Shown here one piece after another: positions 36,354 to 36,387 of a stretch of DNA of 36,387 nucleotides. Positions within the stretch are counted from its first letter, which is position 1. Every line of letters starts with the position of its first letter. Below the pieces are notes generated by a model. That model made no database searches, had not been told where the DNA came from, and was given only the letters and a program-made list of their open reading frames with translations. The stretch spans positions 1 through 36,387 of the forward strand of contig JBAVWD010000080.1 of NCBI GenBank assembly GCA_049697655.1, read 5' to 3'. A program made the translations under genes and the position numbers. The DNA is from Anaerolineae bacterium (GTDB lineage: Bacteria > Chloroflexota > Anaerolineae > UBA7937 > B3-Chlor).

Positions 36354-36381
36354 AATAGTTACTATTACTATCTCCATTATA
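36354..36381 (-). promoter_or_regulatory. Candidate feo promoter -10 (TATAAT) followed by a Fur-box-like operator
   Basis: The minus strand reads TATAAT (36381-36376), GGA, then GATAGTAATAGTAACTATT (36372-36354). The 19-mer matches 13/19 positions of the classical Fur box GATAATGATAATCATTATC. It has the same hexamer layout [GATAGT][AATAGT]A[ACTATT] and contains the perfect 6-1-6 palindrome AATAGT-A-ACTATT. This is the only strongly AT-rich patch near the feo genes. The -35 lies beyond the window end. Confidence 0.45.
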
Positions 36382-36387
36382 CGTCAG

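Noticed and set aside
36288-36377. N-terminal ORF extensions (feoA to 36377; also fabF 27274-27306, anchored protein 28568-28633, pgpH 19004-19084, mutL 12477-12491)
   Set aside because: The extensions lack homology-like character and overlap predicted promoters, operators or hairpins. Better-placed internal starts exist, with SD sequences or canonical family N-termini.
1-36387. Searched for CRISPR arrays, tRNA/rRNA genes, IS elements/integrases, reverse transcriptases and recognisable phage-defence or toxin-antitoxin genes
   Set aside because: None found by eye. All intergenic gaps are 230 nt or shorter, apart from the 23225-23678 stretch explained above. None shows tRNA-like arms or spaced direct repeats, and no ORF has transposase, recombinase or RT motifs.

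Overview
GC-rich (about 60% by eye) bacterial chromosomal window, densely coding: about 36 genes in six alternating strand blocks. I saw no rRNA, tRNA, CRISPR array, transposase, integrase or obvious repeat family. Block 1 (+) is a secretin-less Tad/Flp-type pilus assembly operon (cpaB, receiver::cpaE/tadZ, cpaF, tadB, tadC), followed by comF, long-form hpf and an LMW phosphotyrosine phosphatase. Block 2 (-) is mutL, a lipoprotein with tandem FlgD-Ig-like domains, and two family-2 glycosyltransferases. Block 3 (+) is a beta-oxidation/butyryl-CoA-type operon (thiolase, 82-aa orphan, 3-hydroxyacyl-CoA dehydrogenase, crotonase, acyl-CoA dehydrogenase), then HIT, an adenosine-specific-kinase-family gene, yqeY, pgpH-ybeY-dgkA and a frameshifted geranylgeranyl-reductase-family gene. 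Block 4 (-) is an ECF sigma factor, degV, a small tail-anchored ORF and a GT39/ArnT-like membrane glycosyltransferase. Block 5 (+) is an orphan fabF, a secreted C-terminally anchored protein, pth and mfd. Block 6 (-) is feoA-feoB-feoC-like, with a Fur-box-like operator at the window edge. The secretin-less Tad locus, the GT39-like enzyme and the protein styles fit a Chloroflexota-like monoderm, but I cannot verify this. The window is mostly housekeeping and I do not see an unambiguous new multi-gene system. The best leads are all modest: the ECF sigma - DegV - tail-anchored protein module, the apparently phosphorylatable receiver fused to CpaE/TadZ, the frameshifted reductase gene, the palindromic operator in the fabF promoter, and the Fur-box-like site plus Cys-rich FeoC-like regulator of the feo operon.
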